The notes: generated by a model not told the origin, from the sequence alone. A stretch of DNA of 64,000 bases from Myxococcales bacterium (GCA_047601445.1 JASGJH010000001.1:1920001-1984000); one strand, 5' to 3'. Positions 51,587-63,042 are shown, counted from the first letter of the stretch. Program-made: numbers and translations.

Positions 51587-52717
51587 TCAAGTCCGCGCGG
51601 GCGAGCGCGCGAGCACCCGACCGAGAATCGCGATAGCTCGCTCGATATCGTGCGCGCTGGTCCCGGGCCCCAGGCTCAGGCGCAACGCGCTCTCGGCGCG
51701 CCAGGTTTCCTCCGGGTACATCGCCGTAAGCACTGGCGACGGCGCCCCCAAGCCCGAAGAACAGGCCGCTCCGGACGAGGCGCACAGCCCCTCCAGGTCG
51801 AGGGCGGCCACCAGGATTTCCCCGCGCCAGCCACGAAAGCTCAGGTTGGTCGCGCTGGACACGCGCGGGCCCTGCGCACCATTGACGAGCCCACCTAGCG
51901 CCTGGGCCGCCTGCTCCAAGCGGTCGCGCAGGCCGGCGAGCTCGGACATGGCCCCGAGCCGCGCGGGTAACTCCTGGGCAGCCGCCCCGAAGCCCACCAG
52001 CGCCAGCACGTCGGGAGTCCCTGGACGCCGACCGCGTTCTTGGGCACCGCCTTGGAGCAACGGCGTGAGCTCGCGACAGCGCTCTAGCCAAAGCGCGGCA
52101 GCGCCCGTGGGGCCCCCGATCTTGCTCGACGTGAGCACGAGTGCACTGACGCCCAAGGAACCCACGTCGATGGGGAGCTTGCCGTAAGCTTGGCTGGCGT
52201 CGACCGCCAGGGGCACGCCGCGCGTCGCGCACATGCGCGCATAGGCTTCCACGGGCAGCACGTTGCCGGTCTCATGGTTCGCCCATTGCGTGACCACCAG
52301 ACGCGTGTGTTCGTTCAGCAGCGCCCCGAGTTCGCCCTCGCTCGGCGCGCGCCCGGCGCGAACCCCCAAACGCCGCAAGCGCATTCCCCGCGCAACCAGG
52401 CTCTGCAGGGCTTGCTCGATGGCTGGATGCTCGACGTCACTGGCCACCACCTCGCCGTCCGCAACACGCGACCCCAGCAGCCCCAACAAAGCCAAATTGC
52501 AGGCCTCGGTGCCTCCACTGGTGAAGACCACGTCGGCCGCCTGGGCGCCGATGCTCTGAGCCACCGCGCCGCGCGCTCGCTCGACCAGCGCCTTGGAGGC
52601 GCGCCCCGCACGGTGCACGCTGGAGGGGTTGGCCCAGGCCGCGGCGCTCGCTTGCGCCATGGCCTGGCGCGCGCTTTCGCACACGGGTGTGGCGGCGTGA
52701 TGGTCGAGATAGATCAC
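51587..52717 (-). CDS. iscS: Cysteine desulfurase (IscS/NifS class I)
   Basis: YLDH, NPSSVH, FTSGGTE, NHETG, DASQ, SSKIGG, SSGAAC; upstream of mnmA. Confidence 0.9.
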   Translation of the reverse strand: MIYLDHHAATPVCESARQAMAQASAAAWANPSSVHRAGRASKALVERARGAVAQSIGAQAADVVFTSGGTEACNLALLGLLGSRVADGEVVASDVEHPAIEQALQSLVARGMRLRRLGVRAGRAPSEGELGALLNEHTRLVVTQWANHETGNVLPVEAYARMCATRGVPLAVDASQAYGKLPIDVGSLGVSALVLTSSKIGGPTGAAALWLERCRELTPLLQGGAQERGRRPGTPDVLALVGFGAAAQELPARLGAMSELAGLRDRLEQAAQALGGLVNGAQGPRVSSATNLSFRGWRGEILVAALDLEGLCASSGAACSSGLGAPSPVLTAMYPEETWRAESALRLSLGPGTSAHDIERAIAILGRVLARSPART

Positions 52718-53943
52718 AGCGTGTGGGCTGCGATACGTCCGTCCGGGGGCACTCGCAAGGTCACGCAGGTACCCATCAGCATGCGCCCTGCCACTGGCTC
52801 GGACGGCGGGCTCTGGATGTCGATGCCGCCACCCATCGCTTCACACACGCGGCGCGCGAAGGCGAGCCCGAGGCCGACGCCGCCATGGCTGCGCGTCACC
52901 GATCCATCGACCTGATAGAAGGGCTGCAAGATGTTGGGGATCTGTTCGGGCAGCACGCCTGGGCCGCTGTCCGCCACGAACATCCCGTACCACTCACCGC
53001 CGCCGGGCAAGTAGCCCTTGCGGATGGCCAACGCGACCTCGCCGCCCTTGGGCGTGAACTTGGCCGCGTTGTCGAGCACGTGAACCATCGCGCGCTGCAG
53101 CTTGTCGGCGTCGCCGATGGCGGGAAACGCGGGCTCGCGGACGGGCTCCACGCTGAAGTTGATGCTCTGCTCTTCGAACCGCGCGCGCACTTCGGCGACG
53201 GCCTTTTGGGCGATCATGCCGAAGTCGTACTGCACGTAGAAGAAATGCAGGCGGCCCGTCTCGAGCTGGCTCACGTCGAGCAAGGTGTCGACCAGCGAGC
53301 GCAAACGCTGGGTGGAGCCCTCCACGGAGCGCAGGCATTTGCGCTGGGTCTCGTTGAGTGGCCCGAGCTCCCCGCCGAGCAGGAGCTTCAAGTAGCCCAC
53401 CACCGGCGTCATGGGCGTGGCGAGCTCATGGCTGAGGTTGCGCAGAAATTCGCGGCGCAAACGCGAATTTTCTTCCAGGCGGCGATTGGCTTCGATCAGC
53501 TCGCCCACCTTCTTCTCGAGGCGCTCGACGATCTTCTGCGAGCGCTCGCGCAGTCGAATCTCACCGGTCTCGTCGGCGTGCTCGCGGTGACCGCGCAAGT
53601 AGCGATCCACCAGCTGCCCGAAGCGTCCCGCGTCGATGGGCTTGGCGATGAAGCCATCGGCGCCGACCGCCAGGCTCGTCATGCGGTCGCCCTCCGCAGT
53701 GATGGCGACGATGGGCACCCCGATCAAGCTCGGCATGCCGCGTAGACGCAGCGTGACCTCGTAGCCGTCGAGGTCAGGCACGTTGATGTCCACGAGGACG
53801 ATGTCCGGGCGTTCGGCCCCAGCCAAGCGGATGCCCTCGAGCCCGCTCTCGGCTTCGACCACGCTGTGACCGGCGGCCAAGAGCAGCTTCTTTACGAGCA
53901 AGCGACTCTTGGGGTCGTCTTCGATATGGAGTACTCGTGCCAC
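52714..53943 (-). CDS. Hybrid receiver-histidine kinase (cytoplasmic)
   Basis: N-terminal REC (IEDD, VDIN, IAKP), LSHELATP H-box, NAAKFT, DSGPG, FYQ, GGVGLGL; no TM segment. Confidence 0.93.
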   Translation of the reverse strand: MARVLHIEDDPKSRLLVKKLLLAAGHSVVEAESGLEGIRLAGAERPDIVLVDINVPDLDGYEVTLRLRGMPSLIGVPIVAITAEGDRMTSLAVGADGFIAKPIDAGRFGQLVDRYLRGHREHADETGEIRLRERSQKIVERLEKKVGELIEANRRLEENSRLRREFLRNLSHELATPMTPVVGYLKLLLGGELGPLNETQRKCLRSVEGSTQRLRSLVDTLLDVSQLETGRLHFFYVQYDFGMIAQKAVAEVRARFEEQSINFSVEPVREPAFPAIGDADKLQRAMVHVLDNAAKFTPKGGEVALAIRKGYLPGGGEWYGMFVADSGPGVLPEQIPNILQPFYQVDGSVTRSHGGVGLGLAFARRVCEAMGGGIDIQSPPSEPVAGRMLMGTCVTLRVPPDGRIAAHTL

Positions 53944-54034
53944 GCGGTCTGGACGATACCACGCGGCTCGGACGCGACAGAAATCCCTACAAGACAGGGG
54001 CGCGCGCTGCCCGAACAGCGCGGGCAGCGCTCAT

Positions 54035-56254
54035 TCAGCGGTCCTCGTCCTCGGGCTCGTCCTCGTCGTTATCCTCAGCGCTCTCGCGGTCTTCGGAGCT
54101 TTCGTCCCAGCCGGCCTCGGAGCTCTCTTCGTCGTCTTCGTCGGCCTCGGGCTCCCGCTCTTCGTGGTCCTCCGAACCTTCGGCGTACTCCGCGTGCTCG
54201 GCGTGTGACTCGTCGCCTTCGCCCTCCGCGGGCTCCTCGCTGGACTCGTCGCCCTCACGCTCCCAGTCGCCCTCGGGCGCGGCCTCCGCACCTTCGGCGC
54301 CCCCGCTGGCCGAACCGGCCTCGCCAGCCTCCTCACGGTCGCGGCCACGACGGCGGCGACGGCGGCGACGGCGACGGCCGCCTTCGCGCGCCTCACCCTG
54401 CTCGGCAGCCGCGCCCTCGGCGTCGCCGCCTGCGGCGGCCGCTTCGCCCGCAGCACGATCGCCCTCCTCGGACTCGACTTCTTCGTCGAGCTCCTCGTCC
54501 TCGAAGGCCTCGGCCTCCGCGGCTCCTTCATCCGCCAGCGGCCTGGGCTGCCCCTCGGGGCGACGCTCCCCGCGCTCACGGTCGCGATCCCGGTCGCGAT
54601 CGCGATCCCGATCACGGTCCCGATCCCGATCGCGGTCCCGATCGCTGCGCGGCCCACGCAGGCTCTCGAGCAAATCGAAGTCGATGGCGGACACCGGCAC
54701 GTACTGCACCGAAAGACCCACGCCCACGCGCTCCATCGCCGCGGCCAACGCCATGCCGTCGAACAGCGTGACGGAAGCCGAGGCCGGCGCCTGAGACTCT
54801 TCCTTTGCCCCGCTCGTGACCTGGCCCAACGTGATCAACCAAGCCGTGCTCGCGTTGCCGTAGTAGTGGAGCGCCCCGCGCGCTTCGATCACGCGTTCGC
54901 GGCCGATCTCGGCCTGTCCTCGCAGCAGCACCACCACCGCCACGCGCACTTCCTCTACGCCGCGGCGTAGGGTGCCTGCGAGGTGCAGCTCGCCGGGGCC
55001 GCTGCCAGGGCGACGCACGGCGCGCAACCCGACCACGCCCTCGGCGTTGAGCCAGGTCGCGATGACCTCGGCCAGGCCAGCGTTCGAGAGGTCCGACAGG
55101 CAGCGCAGGTAGGCGCGACGGGCGCGCTCGCGCTGGCGTTCAGCCGCACGCTGCACCTCCTGCTCGGCACGTGCAACGTCCTGGGGCACCAAGAAATCAG
55201 TGAGTACGAGGCCTGCGCCGTCCACGCGGAAGCGCGGGCGCGCACGCTCGATCTTCTTGCGGGCCACGTCGGCGCGCACCGCCGCCATCACCGTGGGGAC
55301 CAGCGCCTGCGGGTCGCCAGCGAGGCGCCCGCGACGCACGAGCATGTCGGCGGCGCGGAAGACCGCCATACCACGCGGGCCCGCCTGGGAGAGCACGCTC
55401 GCCACGGCATCGGCGAGATCCTTGCCAAGCAGATCCCCGTCGGCCACCTCGCGGTTCGAGTCGGCGTACACCTCGTCGCGGCGGTCATCGCGCTCGCGAC
55501 GGTCATCACGCTCACGGCGCTCGTTGCGGTCGCGGTCGCGATCGCGCTCGTGGCGGTCGCGCTCACGTCCGCCGCGCTCACGTCCGCCGCGCTCCTCGCG
55601 GTTGCGTTCGTTGCGGCGCTCGTCACGACGCGGTTCGCGGTTCTCGCGCGCGTCGCGCGCCTCGCGCGGCTGGCCCGCCTCTTCCGTTCCCGGCTCGTCC
55701 GCGTCGCCACGGCCGCGACGGCGGCGCTTCCGCTTTCGACGTGACGAGCGTCCCTCGCCGGACTGCGACTCCGCGGAGCGCTCGCCGCCCTCGCCTTCCT
55801 CGTCGTCGTCCTCTTCTTCTTCGTCCGAGCCACCCAGGATCGGCTCGTCGTCGTCTTCTTCTTCGGGGAACACGTCGGCTCCGGGCAGAGGCTTGCGCGG
55901 CTCGGGAGCGGCCTTGGCCGTGGCTTCACCCTCACCTGCAGCGGCGGGCTCGGGCTTGTTCTCCTCGTTCTCCACTTCGACCTCCGGAAGCTCATCGATA
56001 TCGCCGGACAGATCCGCCAGTTGCTCTTCGCTGAACTCGCGCAGACCGAAAACGCCGGGTTTGACCTTGATAATTGGGACTTCACCGCGGTCGCGCTTGA
56101 CCATCGTGGCCAGCCGCGAGCTCATGGTGACCTCGGGTGTCTTGCCGACATGCGAGAGCAGGTTTCGCTCGATCGCAATCTCGGTGATCTTCTTGTAGTG
56201 GAGAGGTCTGCCCACTCGGCGCAGCACCTCTACCGCTGCTTCAGTAAACGTCAT
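54035..56254 (-). CDS. HARE-HTH domain protein with degenerate Mrr-like domain and charged disordered regions
   Basis: MTFTEAAVEVLRRVGRPLHYKKITEIAIERNLLSHVGKTPEVTMSSRL...PGVFGLRE; IGRERV...RGAL...AWLITLG resembles Mrr C-terminus; RD, poly-R and acidic tracts. Confidence 0.85.
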   Translation of the reverse strand: MTFTEAAVEVLRRVGRPLHYKKITEIAIERNLLSHVGKTPEVTMSSRLATMVKRDRGEVPIIKVKPGVFGLREFSEEQLADLSGDIDELPEVEVENEENKPEPAAAGEGEATAKAAPEPRKPLPGADVFPEEEDDDEPILGGSDEEEEDDDEEGEGGERSAESQSGEGRSSRRKRKRRRRGRGDADEPGTEEAGQPREARDARENREPRRDERRNERNREERGGRERGGRERDRHERDRDRDRNERRERDDRRERDDRRDEVYADSNREVADGDLLGKDLADAVASVLSQAGPRGMAVFRAADMLVRRGRLAGDPQALVPTVMAAVRADVARKKIERARPRFRVDGAGLVLTDFLVPQDVARAEQEVQRAAERQRERARRAYLRCLSDLSNAGLAEVIATWLNAEGVVGLRAVRRPGSGPGELHLAGTLRRGVEEVRVAVVVLLRGQAEIGRERVIEARGALHYYGNASTAWLITLGQVTSGAKEESQAPASASVTLFDGMALAAAMERVGVGLSVQYVPVSAIDFDLLESLRGPRSDRDRDRDRDRDRDRDRDRDRDRERGERRPEGQPRPLADEGAAEAEAFEDEELDEEVESEEGDRAAGEAAAAGGDAEGAAAEQGEAREGGRRRRRRRRRRGRDREEAGEAGSASGGAEGAEAAPEGDWEREGDESSEEPAEGEGDESHAEHAEYAEGSEDHEEREPEADEDDEESSEAGWDESSEDRESAEDNDEDEPEDEDR
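54578..54643 (-). repeat. (Asp-Arg)11 hexanucleotide repeat
   Basis: 11 tandem GAY-CGN units with synonymous variation. Confidence 0.9.
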
Positions 56255-56444
56255 CAGGACATGTCTCGTGATTCGAAGCGCACGGTTTCGCGCGCGAGCA
56301 AAACTAGAACCTGAACCCTGGGTCCAGTACCGCGTCGCGATACACCCGCCCCAAGTCAGGCCGGGACGGTAACACCGCCGAGCCAGGGGGGCAACGACCG
56401 AGGGGACGGGCCGCAAGCCCTGGAGACGGCTAGGCTCTTGCCCT

Positions 56445-56936
56445 GTGACGAGGTCGTTGGGGACGGGCCTGCTGCTGCTCTGGCTCGCGCTGCTTCCAGG
56501 GCGCGGCCAAGCCGCTCCCAACGCCGAGGCCGCGCGCGGCATGCGCTTGCTCCAAATGCAGGGCTGTGTGGCCTGCCACTCTCTCGATGGGAGCCCCTCG
56601 GCGGGTCCGAGCTTCGCTGGACGCTTCGGCACGCTCGTGGACGTGCGCGTCGGGGGTGAACGACGTCGGGTCCCCTTCGATCGAGCCTATTTGGCCCGCG
56701 CCCTGAGTGACCCCAACGCCGAGATCGCCGCAGGGTTCGCGCCGCACGTGATGCCCACCTTCGCGCTCACCACCGAACAGACCGCCGCCATCGCCACCGC
56801 CCTCTCCGAGCTTCCTGCCGAGCCGGAGTCGGATCGCGGGCTCGCTCGGCTGGCCGTCTGGCTGGGGAGCGGACTCTTGGGGCTGCTGCTGCTCTATGCG
56901 TGGCGTCGACGCCCCAAGACCCGGCCGCGGTCCTGA
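56445..56936 (+). CDS. Membrane-anchored monoheme cytochrome c
   Basis: Signal peptide, GCVACHSLDG...GPSF, distal MP, C-terminal TM followed by RRR. Confidence 0.88.
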   Translation: MTRSLGTGLLLLWLALLPGRGQAAPNAEAARGMRLLQMQGCVACHSLDGSPSAGPSFAGRFGTLVDVRVGGERRRVPFDRAYLARALSDPNAEIAAGFAPHVMPTFALTTEQTAAIATALSELPAEPESDRGLARLAVWLGSGLLGLLLLYAWRRRPKTRPRS

Positions 56937-56941
56937 CTGCC

Positions 56942-58273
56942 CTAGTCGAGCGCCACCACGGCCTGACCAGCCGCGTCCGCGACCTCCAAACGCTGCAGCT
57001 CGACCTGACTTCCCTGCGACCAGGGCGGGCTCGGCAACAGCAAGAGGCTCAACCAGCCCGTATCGCTCTCGCGCACCAGCACGAGCGCGCGTTCACGGGC
57101 CGTCTGGTCGCGCACGCTGGCCACATCGAGCGCATGGGCAGGCAAATCGAGCTCTTCGGGCGCCGAGCGCAGCGAAGGGAACACGCGCGCCACGCCGCCA
57201 TCCACGACCGCCAAGACCTCGGGCTGACTGTCGCCGTCGAGGTCCACGAGCAGCCCCGGCCCCACGTTCACATGTTCGGCCCAGGGGGTCAGCGCCAGCG
57301 CGTCGGCTTGCGCCTCGAGGCGCCTGACGTCGGCCGTATCGCGAGCCAGCAGCAGGCTGCTCGGTTCGCCGGCCCCCTTCCCGATCAGCCCCTGCACTGC
57401 AGGGAAAGCCACGCTCTGCAGGGGACCCCAGGCCAGCTTCCCGGAGGCCGCGAGGAACTCCACCCCCGCGAGCTTGCCTGCCTGCGGCAGCGCAGCCCAC
57501 AGCGAGCGACCGCTGCCCATGAGGCGTGCTGTCACCAAATCCCGAGCCCCTAGTCCAAGCGGCTGTTGCGCCACCCGAGTGAGGCTCGTGCCTCCCGCAA
57601 AGAGCCACAGCTCGCCCGGGCGCTGCGCCGTGAGGTCCCCTCGGGTGAGGACCGCCAGGGCCGCGGCGCCCGTCCCCTCGACTTCGAGTCCCGCCACCGC
57701 GCTGACCGGCGCTTCCACCAGAGCGCGCGCAGGCTCGAAGCCGCCCGCCATGCGCCCTCGCAGCAAGAACGCCCCTGCGCCCGGTCGGTGCAGCACCTGC
57801 GGCGGCGGCGCCGTGGCCAGCACCAAATCGAGCACGCCATCGGCGTCGAAGTCGTGGGCCGTGACTCCCCCCGGCAGCTCCGCCCGCGACGGGAAACGCG
57901 CGCCACGCTGGGCCTGCGGCAGCTCCCCCACCGAGCTCAGATCCAGCCGGGTGTAGCCGCCCTTGCACCACACGAAGGCGGCCTGGCTGGCGCCGAGCGC
58001 CAGACCGTAAACGCGCGCGCCTTTCTCGGGCGCCTCGCAGACGGGAAAGCTCCACACCTTGAGCGGCTCGGGCCTGGGTGCCCCAGCGTCGCTCGGCGCT
58101 TTTTTCGGAGCAGCATGGTCAGGGACAGGCTGGGCTAGATCCCTGGCGGCGAATTCCACGCGCGCAGGCGGCTCCGGCGTCACGCTCGGCACCGCGTCGA
58201 GAGCGACCCCCAACAGCACCACCGCCGCCACGGCGGACAGCCACGCAAGCACACGGCCGAGCTGTTGTTTCAC
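56942..58273 (-). CDS. FG-GAP/VCBS-repeat-like exported protein
   Basis: N-terminal TM; DFDADGVLDLV and DLDGDSQPEV motifs. Confidence 0.72.
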   Translation of the reverse strand: MKQQLGRVLAWLSAVAAVVLLGVALDAVPSVTPEPPARVEFAARDLAQPVPDHAAPKKAPSDAGAPRPEPLKVWSFPVCEAPEKGARVYGLALGASQAAFVWCKGGYTRLDLSSVGELPQAQRGARFPSRAELPGGVTAHDFDADGVLDLVLATAPPPQVLHRPGAGAFLLRGRMAGGFEPARALVEAPVSAVAGLEVEGTGAAALAVLTRGDLTAQRPGELWLFAGGTSLTRVAQQPLGLGARDLVTARLMGSGRSLWAALPQAGKLAGVEFLAASGKLAWGPLQSVAFPAVQGLIGKGAGEPSSLLLARDTADVRRLEAQADALALTPWAEHVNVGPGLLVDLDGDSQPEVLAVVDGGVARVFPSLRSAPEELDLPAHALDVASVRDQTARERALVLVRESDTGWLSLLLLPSPPWSQGSQVELQRLEVADAAGQAVVALD

Positions 58274-58282
58274 CGCGCTCCC

Positions 58283-60328
58283 TCAGGTGCCAGACAGGCG
58301 CGTCACCAACTTGGCCAGATCGTCCACCCCGAGCGCGGTGTCCTTGGGACCGCTCGGCTGGGCCTGCACCTCGAGCACGAACGCCTGGGCTCCCACGGCC
58401 AGTGCGCTCTCGGAGAGCAGCGCGGCCAGACGCGCGCTGCTGGTGGCCTGGCATGCGTCCACCGCGACGGGCAGGTGCGAGCGTTCGCGCAGCAGCGCCA
58501 CCGCAGAGAGGTCCAGGGTGCCCAGGGTCCCGCGCTCGAAGGTGCGGATGCCCCGTTCACACAGGAAGACACGGTGGTTGCCGCGCTCGAGCACGTAATC
58601 GGCTGCCGAGAGCCACTCCTCGACCGAAGCCATGGCCCCGCGCTCCAGCATCACCGGCCGATCCACGCGCCCCACCTCCCGCAACAAAGCAGGGTTCTCC
58701 ATGTTCGCCCCGCCCACCACCAGGAAGTCGGCGCGCAACACGGCGCGATCCACGTCCGACGGATGGAGCACCTCCACCATCACCGGGATGCCCGCGATGC
58801 GCCCCACCTCCTCGAGCAGGGTCAACGGATCCGCACCGAGCTTCTCCGCGACGTCGCGTGCGCTCTGCTGAAAGCACGGCGCCCACAGCACACCCGCCCC
58901 GGCAGCGCGCACCGCACGGGCCAGGTCGAGCAGGCCTTCGCGCGACGCGTAGCTGTTCACGCGGGCCACCACGGTGGCCGACGCCCCGCCAAGCCGCACG
59001 CCGCCCACCTCGATCACGGTGTCTTCGGGGCGACGATGGCGCGAGCTCAGTCGGGTGCGCGAAGGATCGAGATCGTTGGCGTCCAGGCTCGGACGGCTCG
59101 CGCGCGGCTCGGGCTGGCGGAAGGACTTGGCCTCGGGAGGCCGCGACTCACGCATGGTGCGCCCCGGATAGCACCCGAGCAGGCGCAGGTAGCTCGTCTT
59201 CTCGCGCAGCTCCTCGAGCGCCTCGGCCACCGAGGGATCGTCGATATTGCCCTCGAAATCCAGGTAGAACAGGTACTCCCAGGGCGTGTGCGGGCGCGGC
59301 CGCGACTCGATCTTGGTCAGATTGCACCCGCGGGATGCCAGCGAATCGAGGCAGGACAGCAGGGCCCCCTGCTCGTGCTTGGTCGCCAAGATCAGCGAGG
59401 TCTTGGCAGCCACGCGCGCATCGACCTTCTCGGGCGTGGCCGCGATGATCATCATGCGCGTGAAGTTTTCCTTCTGGTTGGCGATGTCGCGCTTGATCAC
59501 GACCAGGCCGTAACGGCGCGCCGCCTCTTCGCTGGCGATGGCTGCCTGCGAGAGGTCCTGTTCGCGCCCCACACGCTGCACACTGAGGGCCGTGTCGATA
59601 TAGGCCTCCACGTGACAGTCGGTCAGGCTCCCCAGGAAATTCGAGCACTGAGCGAGCGCCTGCGGATGCGAGAACACGCGGCGAATGCGGTTCACCGGGA
59701 TGGCCTCCAGGGCCACCAGGCAATGCTCCACCTTCTGGATCTCCTCGCCGACCACCGACAGATCCATCTGCGCCAGCAGATCGTAGGCGTCGTTGATGGA
59801 GCCCGCGGTGGTGTTCTCGATCGGCAGCACGCCGTAGTGCGCCTGTCCGTCGCGCACCGCCTCCATCATCGCGCGGAAGCTCGGATAGCCGCGAAACACC
59901 ACCTCGCCGCCGCGCGGCCCGAAGTGCCGCATGGCTGCCAGGTGACTGTACGCACCGTCCACGCCTTGATAGGCCACTACCAGTTCGGCGCTGACGCGGC
60001 CCGGGTTCTGGTTCTTGGCCAAGAACTCCTGCTGGAGGCGCACGGAGTGATCGATCAGCTCGCGGAACACGCGCGTGACGTAGAAGCCGTCGAGCCCCGC
60101 GCCCTGCCCCTGGTGGGCGAGCCTGGCCAGCAAGGCCTCTTCGCGCACCGGGTCCCGCACCTTGCCGTCGCCCTTTTGAGCCTTGCGGCGCGCGACCTCC
60201 ATGACCAGCCGCTCACGTTCGACCAGTGCCGTCACGATACGCTGGTCGACTTCATCGACCTGCGCGCGCACATCGTCCAAGCCCTCGAGCATGCGCTGCT
60301 CAGTGGCGTCTTGTTGGCTCTTGCTCAC
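58283..60328 (-). CDS. pheA: Chorismate mutase-prephenate dehydratase-ACT fused to a degenerate DAHP synthase (type I-beta) domain
   Basis: CM RDPVREE; PDT YQG..GAYS, PIEN, SHPQALAQC, NFTR, LTKIESRP; C-domain CERGIRTFE, LDLSAV, SHLPVAVD. Confidence 0.92.
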   Translation of the reverse strand: MSKSQQDATEQRMLEGLDDVRAQVDEVDQRIVTALVERERLVMEVARRKAQKGDGKVRDPVREEALLARLAHQGQGAGLDGFYVTRVFRELIDHSVRLQQEFLAKNQNPGRVSAELVVAYQGVDGAYSHLAAMRHFGPRGGEVVFRGYPSFRAMMEAVRDGQAHYGVLPIENTTAGSINDAYDLLAQMDLSVVGEEIQKVEHCLVALEAIPVNRIRRVFSHPQALAQCSNFLGSLTDCHVEAYIDTALSVQRVGREQDLSQAAIASEEAARRYGLVVIKRDIANQKENFTRMMIIAATPEKVDARVAAKTSLILATKHEQGALLSCLDSLASRGCNLTKIESRPRPHTPWEYLFYLDFEGNIDDPSVAEALEELREKTSYLRLLGCYPGRTMRESRPPEAKSFRQPEPRASRPSLDANDLDPSRTRLSSRHRRPEDTVIEVGGVRLGGASATVVARVNSYASREGLLDLARAVRAAGAGVLWAPCFQQSARDVAEKLGADPLTLLEEVGRIAGIPVMVEVLHPSDVDRAVLRADFLVVGGANMENPALLREVGRVDRPVMLERGAMASVEEWLSAADYVLERGNHRVFLCERGIRTFERGTLGTLDLSAVALLRERSHLPVAVDACQATSSARLAALLSESALAVGAQAFVLEVQAQPSGPKDTALGVDDLAKLVTRLSGT

Positions 60329-60331
60329 AGC

Positions 60332-62218
<1,887 letters not shown>

Positions 62219-62403
62219 CCTAATGCCCTATGAGTGGAAGGAAGTTGCGATGTGTATTCATTCTGGTCAACCAGTCGACCCATTTCGAAGCATGTTCCCA
62301 CGACTGAGCCTGGCCGTGAAACCCACGCTTTTGACTCCCTGCACAAGCGCTCCCACAATCGCGGCCCGTGTTTGGCCCCCAGCAGGTGAGCTCTGATTTG
62401 CGT

Positions 62404-62989
62404 GTGGACGCCCACGTCCGCGTGCGCCATCTCGCGCGCGCCCATCGTTCCCGCGCCGGCCTCTCGCTCGTGGAGACCGCTGCTCTCATCTCGCTGACGG
62501 GCATCCTGGTCGCGGCATTCGCGCCGACTTTCGTGCGTCATCTGCGCACGAGCAAGAATCTCCGAGGCCGTCGAGACACTCGACGCGCTCTACCGCGGGA
62601 CGGCCGCCTACTACGCCGCCGAGCACGCCTCCGCCGCGGGGCAGCGGTCCGCGCGCGGTTGCTTGCCGAGCAGCATCGGGCCGCTTCCTGCGAGCCCGAC
62701 CCCCGAGCCCCAGGCCGTCGACTTCGATGCGGCCGAGGTGGATCCCACCTGGCGCGCGCTGGGCATGCATGGTGTCCAGTCCCTTCGCTACAGCTATCGA
62801 GTGTCGGTCGCGCAGCCCGGCTGCGGTCCTCGCAGCGAACCGAGCTCACCGGCCGTGTTGTTCCAGGCCGACGGCGATCTGGACGGCGACGGAGTGCCTT
62901 CGCACATCGAGCGCGCGGCAGCCATCTCGAGCGACCAGCGCGCGCTCGAGGCGCTCAGCCCGCTGCACATTCAGCAGCGAGTCGAGTAG
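62404..62989 (+). pseudogene. Type IV pilin-like protein with a 1-nt frameshift at 62557-62558 (possibly a sequencing error)
   Basis: RSRAG|LSLVETAALISLTGILVAAFAPTFVRHLRTSK prepilin-like leader; removing one A gives KISEAVETLDALYRGTAAYY... in frame with ORF 62663-62989 (WRALG...YSY...ADGDLDGDG). Confidence 0.85.
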
Positions 62990-63009
62990 GCCTGCGGGCG
63001 CGCACCGAA

Positions 63010-63027
63010 GCGGGCGGGTCCGCCCGC
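63010..63027. terminator. Short GC hairpin between convergent genes
   Basis: GCGGGCGG-gt-CCGCCCGC; AAAA nearby gives a weak minus-strand context only. Confidence 0.35.
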
Positions 63028-63042
63028 GAGCAAAACCAGCGC

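Noticed and set aside
50505..52232. 575 aa extended MnmA (likewise the extended track starts for parA, nusB, ribH, the M17 protein and the HARE-HTH protein)
   Set aside because: Extensions overlap neighbouring genes or intergenic DNA and reflect stop-codon scarcity at high GC.
54340..55640. Repetitive DNA as a possible CRISPR array or non-coding repeat
   Set aside because: The repeats are in-frame codon repeats (RD, poly-R, poly-E) with no repeat-spacer structure.
62219..62403. Sigma-54 promoter for the pilin-like gene next to the enhancer-binding protein
   Set aside because: No TGGCAC-N5-TTGC with correct -24/-12 spacing found.
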